64,000 nt of DNA from an uncultured delta proteobacterium. GTDB taxonomy: Bacteria; Myxococcota; B64-G9. Below, piece by piece: positions 1 to 7,940 of this stretch. The notes beneath the pieces are model-generated. The model made no database searches. It was given only the letters and a program-made list of their open reading frames with translations, and was not told where the DNA came from. Location: positions 988,506 through 1,052,505 of the forward strand of contig CAVWHX010000004.1 of NCBI GenBank assembly GCA_963754925.1. Direction: 5' to 3'. How positions within the stretch are numbered: position 1 is the first letter of the stretch; each line of letters starts with the position of its first letter. Both the position numbers and the translations under genes were made by a program.

Positions 1-30
1 GGCCCAGGCTTTTCTGACTACTGCCCTCAT
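1..30 (-). CDS. partial CDS, first 10 codons only (possibly the permease partner of the upstream ABC ATPase)
   Basis: Minus-strand ATG at 30 (MRAVVRKAWA...) with AAGGA 5 nt upstream, 16 nt after the ABC ATPase stop. It runs off the window edge, so the product is inferred only from operon context. Confidence 0.3.
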   Translation of the reverse strand, partial: MRAVVRKAWA

Positions 31-46
31 GGCAATCCTTTGCTCA

Positions 47-772
47 TTATTCAAACACCTCTTCCAGATTCGTCAGGACCTCGCGCGCGGGGCCGACTTT
101 CAAGATGCGTTTGTCCTTGAGCAGGGCGACGCGATCGCACACCTCATGGGCCTCCGCAAGATTGTGAGTCGCCAGCAAGACAGTCTTGCCGAGCTCCTTG
201 ACCAGCGTTTTCCCAATCAGCTCGCGGGTGCGCTTGGCGGCGCCAGGATCAAGCCCGCGGGTCGGTTCGTCGATGAGCAACAACTCCGGATCGTGAAGCA
301 TGGCTCGCGCCAGCGCCAGGCGTTGACGCATACCGGTTGAAAGGTCCCGAAAGGGTTTTTTAAGCTCACCGGCCAGTTGCAACAACCCAGCGACCTTTTC
401 TATTTGCGAACGGGCCCGAGTCTTGTCCAAATTATGCAGCGCGGCGAAAAACAATAAGTTCTGTGACGCGGTCAGCCGCCAGTAAAAGCTGCGTTCGTCG
501 CCGAGCACAAAACCGATGCGCTCGCGGATCTGAACCGAAGCTGAGGCTGTATCCTGACCAAAGATGCGCACCGTTCCGCTATCGGGGAGTATGCTGGCGG
601 CCAAGATGCGCAGCAAGGTGGTTTTTCCGGCGCCGTTTGGCCCGAGCAGTCCGGTTAGCGATCCCCGCGGTACGCTCAACCAGAGGTCGGCCAGCACCGA
701 AATCTTCCGGCGATCGAACGGAGCGCGAAGGATCTCGAAGAAAGGTCGAGGGAGGACGAAGCTTTTGGTCAC
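47..772 (-). CDS. ABC transporter ATP-binding protein
   Basis: Walker A GPNGAGKTTLL, ABC signature LSTGMRQRLALARAM, Walker B LLLIDEPTRGLD. Complete 241-aa ORF. Confidence 0.9.
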   Translation of the reverse strand: MTKSFVLPRPFFEILRAPFDRRKISVLADLWLSVPRGSLTGLLGPNGAGKTTLLRILAASILPDSGTVRIFGQDTASASVQIRERIGFVLGDERSFYWRLTASQNLLFFAALHNLDKTRARSQIEKVAGLLQLAGELKKPFRDLSTGMRQRLALARAMLHDPELLLIDEPTRGLDPGAAKRTRELIGKTLVKELGKTVLLATHNLAEAHEVCDRVALLKDKRILKVGPAREVLTNLEEVFE

Positions 773-877
773 TCCGCAAATTTCAATAGCCGGATCGATG
801 ACTAGTTACCCCTCTGTTGTAAACCTTCACTTGAAGATACGCGCCGGGTCCTGCCGCCTCGCATCCCCCGGCGGTGC

Positions 878-1981
878 TCACTTGCGCTCCGCGCCGGCGG
901 GGGACCCCCTGCTCGGCGTCACCCAGCGCGTTCCGCTACCATCACCCGAAACTGAATAGTTACCCCCACGCTGGTATTGTGCGACCGCACGGTTGTGGCA
1001 CGCTAAGTTGAGGCAAAACTGGTGGGTGCCGTTGTTTTTCGAAACGAAGAAAAGGTACGGCGTTGTTTCCGGGTAGAGCGCCGCCCGGATCGCTTCTGCT
1101 CCTGGATTGCAGATTGCCCCGGGCGGCAGCCCTTTGTAGCGGTATGTGTTGTACCTATGATCGAGGTTCAAATCAGCTTTGGTGATGATGCCGTTGAAGT
1201 ATCCGCGCGAAAGCACGATGGCGTAGATCACCGTCGGATCGGTCTGCAGCGGCCAGCCTCGTTTGAGCCGGTTATAAAACACACCGGCAATGAGTGATCG
1301 CTCCTGGGGCGCGCCGGTCTCTTTCTCGATGATCGACGCGAGGGTGATTGCCTGCAACTCGCTCCATCCAAGTTCGGCGGCGCGCTCACGAAATCCCAGG
1401 GTAAAAACCTGGTGGTACTGGCCGATCATGGTCTCGAGGATGGTTGCGACCGGAGTGTGTTTTTGAAACTGGTAGGTTTCAGGAAACAGGAATCCCTCCA
1501 GGGTATCCCCGGGGAGCCCGTGGCGGTGGACAAACGTCGAATCATGCGCCATCTTCTCAAACTCTGCCGCTTCCGCCAAACCGGCTGCTGCAAAGAGCTG
1601 GGCTATCTCATCGATGCGGAGCCCCTCCGGAATGGTCATTTTGTGGGTAATCGGGATGCCCTCAAGGAGCACCGCAAGAACCTCTACGGGGGTCATCGTG
1701 TCGCGAAAAGCGAGCTCACCGGATTTGAACTTACCGGCTGCGCGTTTGTAGAAGCGAACCCACCGATAAAAGAGATCGGCATCATCGAGCACCTGGTTTT
1801 TGGCCAGCAGCTCGATCGTTTGCCGGGGACCGCTGCCGGCCGGAATATCGATCGCAATGGTCGCGCCGCTGCCCCGATGGGGGCGCTCGCCGTACGATTG
1901 AATCCACCAGTACCCTGCCAGCGCCACAATGCCGAGGATCAGGAGCACTCCCACCACGCTCATCAGGATCCATTTTTTCAA
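878..1981 (-). CDS. mltG: endolytic murein transglycosylase MltG (YceG-like)
   Basis: N-terminal membrane anchor followed by the YceG-type core (LASIIEKET, YNRL, LQTDPTVIY, YNTYRYKGLPPGAICNPG). Confidence 0.9.
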   Translation of the reverse strand: MKKWILMSVVGVLLILGIVALAGYWWIQSYGERPHRGSGATIAIDIPAGSGPRQTIELLAKNQVLDDADLFYRWVRFYKRAAGKFKSGELAFRDTMTPVEVLAVLLEGIPITHKMTIPEGLRIDEIAQLFAAAGLAEAAEFEKMAHDSTFVHRHGLPGDTLEGFLFPETYQFQKHTPVATILETMIGQYHQVFTLGFRERAAELGWSELQAITLASIIEKETGAPQERSLIAGVFYNRLKRGWPLQTDPTVIYAIVLSRGYFNGIITKADLNLDHRYNTYRYKGLPPGAICNPGAEAIRAALYPETTPYLFFVSKNNGTHQFCLNLACHNRAVAQYQRGGNYSVSGDGSGTRWVTPSRGSPAGAERK

Positions 1982-2418
1982 AGGAGGTTCTCCCTATCGT
2001 TGGCCGGCTGCTCAGCGTCAAGGTAACTTTGGAGGATCAGGGTGGCTGCAATTTTGTCCACGAGTTGCTTTCGTTTGCGCGTGCGCACCGAGACATCCTT
2101 CATTATTCCCTGTGCCTCCCAGGTGGTCAGTCGTTCATCCCACAGAAAAATAGGCAGGTTGAGGTGCGCACCCAACGCTGCTCCAAAGCGACGAACGCGG
2201 GCAGCCGCCTCGCCTTCTGATCCATTCATATTCAGCGGAAAACCAATCACCACCCCCACCACTTCCTCTTCACGAGCTACTTGAGCAATGGCGTCGAGAT
2301 CGCGCTGTCCGCCGTGGCGCGTCAATACCGTCAACCCATGGGCCAATAGACCCAATTCATCACTGACCGCCACCCCGATCCGCCGGGTGCCCAGATCCAG
2401 TCCCAGAAGACGCATCAA
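1978..2418 (-). CDS. ruvX: Holliday junction resolvase-like nuclease RuvX (YqgF)
   Basis: MRLLGLDLGTRRIGVAVSD start and a 146-aa length typical of YqgF/RuvX. 4-nt overlap with the mltG start. Confidence 0.9.
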   Translation of the reverse strand: MMRLLGLDLGTRRIGVAVSDELGLLAHGLTVLTRHGGQRDLDAIAQVAREEEVVGVVIGFPLNMNGSEGEAAARVRRFGAALGAHLNLPIFLWDERLTTWEAQGIMKDVSVRTRKRKQLVDKIAATLILQSYLDAEQPANDRENLL

Positions 2419-2467
2419 TTAATTATATCCGTTGGGCGCCTCAATGCAATCGCTTCCGATTTACCTC

Positions 2468-2496
2468 TTGCCGTAATCAATGCGACTTATTATCAT
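2468..2496 (+). promoter_or_regulatory. candidate sigma70-like promoter for ldcA (TTGCCG, 17 nt spacer, TATCAT)
   Basis: -35 TTGCCG at 2468-2473, 17-nt spacer, -10 TATCAT at 2491-2496. The ATG at 2506 is only about 10 nt downstream, implying a near-leaderless mRNA. Pattern match only. Confidence 0.25.
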
Positions 2497-2505
2497 ACAC
2501 GCTCT

Positions 2506-3431
2506 ATGGAACGGCATTCCCTACGCAAGCCAAAAGCCCTGACGTCGGGTGATCGGATCCGGCTCGTTGCGCCGGCGAGCCCGTTTGCTCGCGAGAAGCT
2601 CGTCGCCGGCATGGAGGTTATCGCGCGGCTCGGGTTCGTACCCGTTGTTGACCAACGAGAGTTTATCCGCCGTGGCTTCTTGGCCGGCGATGATCGATCG
2701 CGGGCGGAGAGGTTTTCCGCGGCGCTCGCCGAACAAGAAACCCGTGCCGTGTGGTCCATCCGCGGTGGTTATGGTATCACCCGCCTGTTACCGCTGCTCG
2801 ATATAGCACAGCTTAAAGCCACCCGAAACTACTTATCGGGTTTTCGGATGTTACGGCGATTCTCAATAGCCTTTCGGCGCCGGATGGGTTTGTGACCATT
2901 CATGGACCGGTCGTAACGCAGCTACCCAACCTTCCGTTGAGTGCGCGTCGCTGGTTACATGCCCTGATTTCTGATCCGGCTCTCGATGGTCGTGCGCCGG
3001 TCGGTCGGCTCCAGGTTTTGGTGCCCGGTACCGCGGAGGGCAAATTGTTGGGGGGTAATCTCTCGCTGCTTTCGTCACTGTGCGGGACGCCGTTCGCGCC
3101 AGATTTTTCGGATTCGATACTTCTGCTCGAAGATACCGGTGAGGATGCATATCGACTCGATCGAATGTTTGTTCAATTGTTGCAGTCGGGAGCGTTTCGT
3201 AATGTCCGGGGGATCGTCCTTGGTTCGCTTCACCAGTGTCGACCGGCGGGCGGAAGCCGGTACTCGGCGCGAGCGGTGCTGGCCCGCGCCGCGGCAGCCC
3301 TGGGGGTGCCGCTGGTTGCGGGCGGCCGCTTTGGCCATGCTGATTTCCATGTAGCATTACCGTTGGGGGTGCGGGTGCGTCTTGATGCTTCGGCAGGAAC
3401 CCTCACGTTGCTCGAACCAGCGGTGGTATAG
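2506..3431 (+). pseudogene. ldcA: LD-carboxypeptidase (peptidase S66, LdcA-like) interrupted by a 1-nt frameshift near 2815-2820
   Basis: ORF 2506-2895 carries the N-terminal half (IRGGYGITRLLPLLD). The frame of ORF 2892-3431 is open from 2817 and reads SHPKLLIGFSDVTAILNSL...TIHGPV, the expected Ser-nucleophile segment and C-terminal half. Confidence 0.8.
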
Positions 3432-3436
3432 CCACG

Positions 3437-4552
3437 ATGCTGTCATCGAGTGACCATGCAGAGTTGTTTTCGATGATGGAAGATGGCGTTCGGCGTGGCG
3501 TGTTTCCGGGTGGCGTTTTAATAGTGCGTAAGGGCGGGAGTATCGTGCATCGCTCGGCTCATGGACGCCCGGCGCTTGATAGCTCGAACAACGTTGATTT
3601 CGATACTATTTTTGATGTAGCCTCGTTGTCCAAGATCCTTGCCACCACGGGATTGATTCTTGATCTGATTTCGCGCGGGTTGCTTAATCTCGAAAGTCGC
3701 GTCGCGGAATTTATCCCCGGCTTTTCCGGCGACGGACGCGACCAAATTCAGGTGGTGCATCTTCTTGAGCACAGCAGCGGATTGGTAGCCCATCGGCCGT
3801 ATTTTAAAGATATGCCCGCACGGGAAGTCGCCACGGTAATGGGGCGCGATGCAATCCGCAGGCGCGTAAGCACGGAGTGTCCAGGGACTGCGCCTGGTGC
3901 GTACGCTCTCTACAGCGATCTGGGATTTATCCTGCTTGACTGGCTGATTGAGAACGTAACCGGACAGGCATTGGATGATTTATTTTTTGATCGCATTGTC
4001 AAACCGCTTTCGATGCGGAATAGTTTTTTCATTGACCTCAAGGAACTGGCCAAGGCTGCGACTGCGCGCGCAGAACGGGAGTTTGCGGCTACGGAGTATT
4101 GTCAATGGCGTGGACGAATGCTGGTCGGCGAAGTGCATGATGAAAACGCCTATGCCATGGGCGGTGTGAGCGGACACTCGGGCTTATTCGCCACCGCCGA
4201 TGATGTGATGCGGCTGGCGACAGTATGGCTGGATGGGTGGCAGGGACGCGCTGGACTGTTCGACCCGCATTGGGTACGACGGTTCTTCACAAAAGCAAAC
4301 CAGCCGGGGTCTACGCGGGCGCTCGGATTCGATACGCCCTCGCCAGAGGGCTCGCAGGCCGGACAGCACTTCGGGCCGGCCGCGGTAGGACACTTAGGTT
4401 TTACCGGCACGTCGCTATGGATCGACCCGGATCAGAATCTGATCGTGGTGCTTATGACCAACCGCGTTCACCCGACGCGGTCCAACGAGGCGATTAAGGA
4501 GTTTAGACCACGCTTGCATGACGCGGTTGTCGCTGCGTTTGGCGGCCACTGA
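3437..4552 (+). CDS. serine hydrolase of the beta-lactamase / class C PBP-like family
   Basis: SxxK motif in DVASLSKILAT. YSD(L)GF and HxGFTG-like segments (GHLGFTGTSLWIDP) are typical of the AmpC/AmpH-like family. 371 aa. Confidence 0.85.
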   Translation: MLSSSDHAELFSMMEDGVRRGVFPGGVLIVRKGGSIVHRSAHGRPALDSSNNVDFDTIFDVASLSKILATTGLILDLISRGLLNLESRVAEFIPGFSGDGRDQIQVVHLLEHSSGLVAHRPYFKDMPAREVATVMGRDAIRRRVSTECPGTAPGAYALYSDLGFILLDWLIENVTGQALDDLFFDRIVKPLSMRNSFFIDLKELAKAATARAEREFAATEYCQWRGRMLVGEVHDENAYAMGGVSGHSGLFATADDVMRLATVWLDGWQGRAGLFDPHWVRRFFTKANQPGSTRALGFDTPSPEGSQAGQHFGPAAVGHLGFTGTSLWIDPDQNLIVVLMTNRVHPTRSNEAIKEFRPRLHDAVVAAFGGH

Positions 4553-4563
4553 AAGGTGTACCG

Positions 4564-5964
4564 ATGAAGATTCACATGGTGGCAATTTGCGGTACCGGCA
4601 TGGGATCGCTCGCTGGTTTGCTCAAGGAAGCCGGACATGATGTGCGCGGCTCGGACAAAGCCTTCTATCCGCCCATGTCGGAGAGCTTACGCGCCTGGGG
4701 TGTTCCAACGCTGAAAGGATTCGATGCCTCCCGTATCGGACCGGGTATTGATTTGGTCGTGGTCGGCAACGCCTGTCGCCGGGACAACCCGGAGGTGCAG
4801 GCGGCGCTGGCGCGCGGCGTGCAGGTGATGAGCTTCCCCCAGGCATTGGCCGAATTTTTCATCAAACAGAAGCGCTCGTTGGTCGTGGCTGGAACCCACG
4901 GCAAAACCACCACTGCTGCGCTACTGGCATTTGGACTGACCCAAGCTCAACGCGATCCGTCCTTTCTGATCGGCGGCATTCCGCTTAACTTTGGTAAAAG
5001 CTTCCACCAGGGCGCGGGGGACCTGTTTGTGGTGGAAGGAGATGAGTACGACACGGCTTTCTTCGACAAGCGACCCAAGTTCATCCACTACCGTCCTCGG
5101 GTGGTGGTGCTCACCTCGGTTGAGTTCGACCATGCAGATATCTACCCGAGTATGGATGCGTACCGGGCCGCCTTTCGAAACCTCATAGCCTTGCTACCCC
5201 CGCATGGGTTATTGATCGCGTGCGAAGACTATCCCGAGGTGAGCACGCTTGCTCACCGTGCGCCCTGCCCGGTGGTGACGTATGGACTAACAGCAGGTCG
5301 TGACTACAGTGCCACCGAAATCGAGGTTGGCGACGCAGGAAGCACTTTTAACTTGGCGGTCCGGGGGAGGTATGTTGCGCGAATCAGCACGCCGCTTGCC
5401 GGACGGCATAACGTTGCCAATATGGTAGCGGTTCTGGCGGCGATGGATCATGTCGGTATTCTTCCGGACGAAGCCGCCGGTCTCCTGAGTGGTTTTACGG
5501 GGGTGGCGCGGCGCATGCAGGTGCGGGGGGTTGAGCGCGGCGTCACGGTCATTGATGATTTTGCGCATCATCCCACCAAGGTGCGGGAGACCGTCGCGGC
5601 TGCCCGCGCGCGCTATCCGCAGGCTTACCTGGTGGCGGTCTTCGAGCCGCGTACCAACAGCAGTCGGCGCAACGTATTCCAGAAAGAATATCCGTCATCG
5701 TTCACCGGTGCGGATCGGGTGGTGATCACGCTGCCGTTTGAGATGGAGAAGATCCCCGAGGACGAACGTTTTGACTCGGCTGCGCTGGTACGTGTATTGC
5801 AGGCTGGAGGCCAAACTGCTCAGCTTGCGCCCAATGCAGATGCCGTGGTGAAAGAGCTCGCGCCGAGTCTACCGCAGGGTTCGGTTGTGCTGATAATGTC
5901 CAACGGCGATTTTGACGGAATCCACGAAAAGCTACTGACCGCACTTAAACTGGGGAAACTCTGA
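4564..5964 (+). CDS. mpl: UDP-N-acetylmuramate:L-alanyl-gamma-D-glutamyl-meso-DAP ligase (Mpl)
   Basis: MKIHMVAICGTGMGSLAGLL...YPPMS N-terminus and the Mur-ligase P-loop GTHGKTTT. Length and neighbourhood with ldcA fit Mpl rather than MurC. Confidence 0.88.
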   Translation: MKIHMVAICGTGMGSLAGLLKEAGHDVRGSDKAFYPPMSESLRAWGVPTLKGFDASRIGPGIDLVVVGNACRRDNPEVQAALARGVQVMSFPQALAEFFIKQKRSLVVAGTHGKTTTAALLAFGLTQAQRDPSFLIGGIPLNFGKSFHQGAGDLFVVEGDEYDTAFFDKRPKFIHYRPRVVVLTSVEFDHADIYPSMDAYRAAFRNLIALLPPHGLLIACEDYPEVSTLAHRAPCPVVTYGLTAGRDYSATEIEVGDAGSTFNLAVRGRYVARISTPLAGRHNVANMVAVLAAMDHVGILPDEAAGLLSGFTGVARRMQVRGVERGVTVIDDFAHHPTKVRETVAAARARYPQAYLVAVFEPRTNSSRRNVFQKEYPSSFTGADRVVITLPFEMEKIPEDERFDSAALVRVLQAGGQTAQLAPNADAVVKELAPSLPQGSVVLIMSNGDFDGIHEKLLTALKLGKL

Positions 5965-6264
5965 AATATCGCCGGTCAGTCCACAAGCGGCAAAATTCCC
6001 ATCCCTTATTTGATAACACTCGCAGGTGCCGGCTTCGAGGATCGATTTACAGCAGTTTTGTTGCTCGTTCGAGAGATTCACATTTTGGTTGGCGGCATTA
6101 ACGGCATCATTACAACGGTTTTGTTGGTTCACGGTAGGTTGGCAGCCGCAAATAATATTGGCGAGGTGCTTGCAGTCGTTGCCACACGCCGAGACCATGC
6201 CAGCTCCTACGAGAGCAACACACAAGGCCAAGGTTAGGTCTTTTAGGTTCAACATGGCGGCCAT
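5932..6264 (-). CDS. small Cys-rich putative lipoprotein, unknown function
   Basis: Signal-peptide-like N-terminus ending in the lipobox-like MVSAC, then 12 further Cys in about 85 residues. The 3' end overlaps the convergent mpl stop by 33 nt. No recognisable family. Confidence 0.45.
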   Translation of the reverse strand: MAAMLNLKDLTLALCVALVGAGMVSACGNDCKHLANIICGCQPTVNQQNRCNDAVNAANQNVNLSNEQQNCCKSILEAGTCECYQIRDGNFAACGLTGDISEFPQFKCGQ

Positions 6265-6348
6265 GCTAGACCTGCTGCCGATGAACTGTCAAGCGCATTG
6301 GTGAAAACAGTTGCAACAAAACAAAAATCGGTTCAAAACAGCAACGAT

Positions 6349-6435
6349 GGAGGGATGGCCGAGTGGTTTAAGGCGGCGGTCTTGAAAACCGCTGAAGTGG
6401 AAACACTTCCGGGGGTTCGAATCCCTCTCCCTCCG
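6349..6435 (+). tRNA. tRNA-Ser (anticodon UGA)
   Basis: Acceptor GGAGGGA/TCCCTCC. Anticodon stem GCGGT/ACCGC with loop CTTGAAA. Long variable arm GAAGTG-GAAA-CACTTC. T-arm GGGGG-TTCGAAT-CCCTC. Discriminator G, no encoded CCA. Confidence 0.92.
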
Positions 6436-6450
6436 ATAGGTTAACGCCAG

Positions 6451-7248
6451 ATGGGCGCGAAATTCAGCGTATGGGTTCTTCGAATTGCAGCGGCAATTTT
6501 TTTGTTAGCGGCAATGCTTGGCCTTTGGCTGTCGGTCGTGCCGCTGTGGGCGAAGGGGTTGCTGACAGGCCTCGTCTTCTTGGGAGGCGCGACCCTCGCG
6601 TTTTGGAAAGAACCGGCCTTCGATCCGCTCTGCAGGGTCCGCTGGCGAGTGCCCAGCAAAGGACGGAAGCTCTGTGCGATTACCTTCGATGACGGCCCCA
6701 GCCCAGACACGGGACAGGTCCTCGATGCGCTCGCTCACGCCCGTGTAGAAGCCACCTTCTTTGTGTTAGTTGAGCATGCCCGTCGGTATCCGGAACTGCT
6801 TCGGCGCACCCAAGCGGACGGGCACGCAATTGGGATACACGGTATGACCCATCGAAAACTAAACGGGGCCGACGAGTCAACGGTTGCGCGCGAGGTACGA
6901 GGAGCGCTGGAGGGACTTCGCGCGCTTGGGGTGACCCCGGCGCCACTCTATCGTCCCCCGCACGGTTTCAAGTCTCGAGCGGTTTTTCGGTTGGCTCGAC
7001 AGCTTGGATTGACCATCTGGGCCTGGAGCCGAGGTGTGTGGGATACGGATCTGCCGCCCGCAGACGTTTTGGTGATTCGAGCAACGCTTTGCGCCCGACC
7101 GGGAATGGTGTTGTTGTTGCATGACGGCCGTGGAGACGAACCGTCACCCAACATCGGCCCGATGATAGAGGCACTGCCCCGCATCATCGAGAAGCTCCGG
7201 AAACGGGGTTTTGAGTTTGTACGACTCGACCGAATCGATATACCCTAG
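6451..7248 (+). CDS. polysaccharide deacetylase (NodB homology domain), membrane anchored
   Basis: N-terminal TM helices, then ITFDDGP, HGMTHR and LLLHDG motifs of the carbohydrate esterase 4 / NodB fold. Confidence 0.85.
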   Translation: MGAKFSVWVLRIAAAIFLLAAMLGLWLSVVPLWAKGLLTGLVFLGGATLAFWKEPAFDPLCRVRWRVPSKGRKLCAITFDDGPSPDTGQVLDALAHARVEATFFVLVEHARRYPELLRRTQADGHAIGIHGMTHRKLNGADESTVAREVRGALEGLRALGVTPAPLYRPPHGFKSRAVFRLARQLGLTIWAWSRGVWDTDLPPADVLVIRATLCARPGMVLLLHDGRGDEPSPNIGPMIEALPRIIEKLRKRGFEFVRLDRIDIP

Positions 7249-7370
7249 GCATCGGTCATTGTTATCGTAAAGACGCAGGCACACGCCGTAGTCTGCAGCT
7301 CCGGCAAATCTCGTTTCTCTTCCGTCATCCCGGGTACGGTTATGATTGGTATGTATACCGAACCGAGCGC

Positions 7371-7613
7371 TTACTTCCGGCCGGTTAGTTCCCGTTCGGC
7401 TTGCAGCCAGTCGTCCTGGTCGTTACCGTTGATGCCACCACGCTCAAGATAGATTTGGTAAGCCCGGGCCGCGATATCTTCACGACTCGGCTGGTTGTTG
7501 GTAGCGCTGGTGCTCCGTGAAGTCTTTGGCGAAGACATTTTCGATTCCGGAGCTTTGATGGTAGAAGCAGAAGTGTCGTTTCGCTTATTGATGGGTTTTT
7601 GTGTGGTATTCAT
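7371..7613 (-). CDS. DUF2934-type small protein
   Basis: C-terminal EDIAARAYQIYLERGGINGNDQDDWLQAERE is the DUF2934 signature. I prefer the start at 7613 (AAGGAGG 7 nt upstream) over the track start at 7775. Confidence 0.7.
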   Translation of the reverse strand: MNTTQKPINKRNDTSASTIKAPESKMSSPKTSRSTSATNNQPSREDIAARAYQIYLERGGINGNDQDDWLQAERELTGRK

Positions 7614-7885
7614 CGTACCCCTCCTTTGGGTTATCAATTCACTAGAGTCCTTTTTGTTTTTTTTTGGTCTCACTTTGTTTTGGTGCTCAGGAAATGGATG
7701 TCTCTGCATTAAAACAACGAACCCCCAACTTTCGGCCATTCTATCATACCGTTCGACCGAGCAAATAACCTTCAATCTGTCGACCCTCGATATGTAACAA
7801 AATTCGCCGAGGATTGCAAGTGAATTCGATTCAGATTTTTCATGCTACTGACAAGAAATATTTATATCACAGAATTCTCATCAAG

Positions 7886-7914
7886 TTGACTCAGTTATAT
7901 AAAGTGCCTACACT
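7886..7914 (+). promoter_or_regulatory. candidate sigma70-like promoter for the PBP1A gene (TTGACT, 17 nt spacer, TACACT)
   Basis: TTGACT 7886-7891, 17-nt spacer, TACACT 7909-7914, in an AT-rich spacer about 27 nt upstream of the GTG start. Pattern match only. Confidence 0.3.
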
Positions 7915-7940
7915 AGTAGCTCGATTTTTAGGAGTCGGCT

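Noticed and set aside
7371-7775. Long forms of several ORFs in the track (7371-7775, 51830-52513, 54060-55064, 16356-16892, 47797-48546, 47232-47789)
   Set aside because: In each case an internal ATG is preceded by a strong AGGAGG-like site and begins exactly where family similarity or the signal peptide starts. The upstream extensions would overlap neighbouring genes or spacers.
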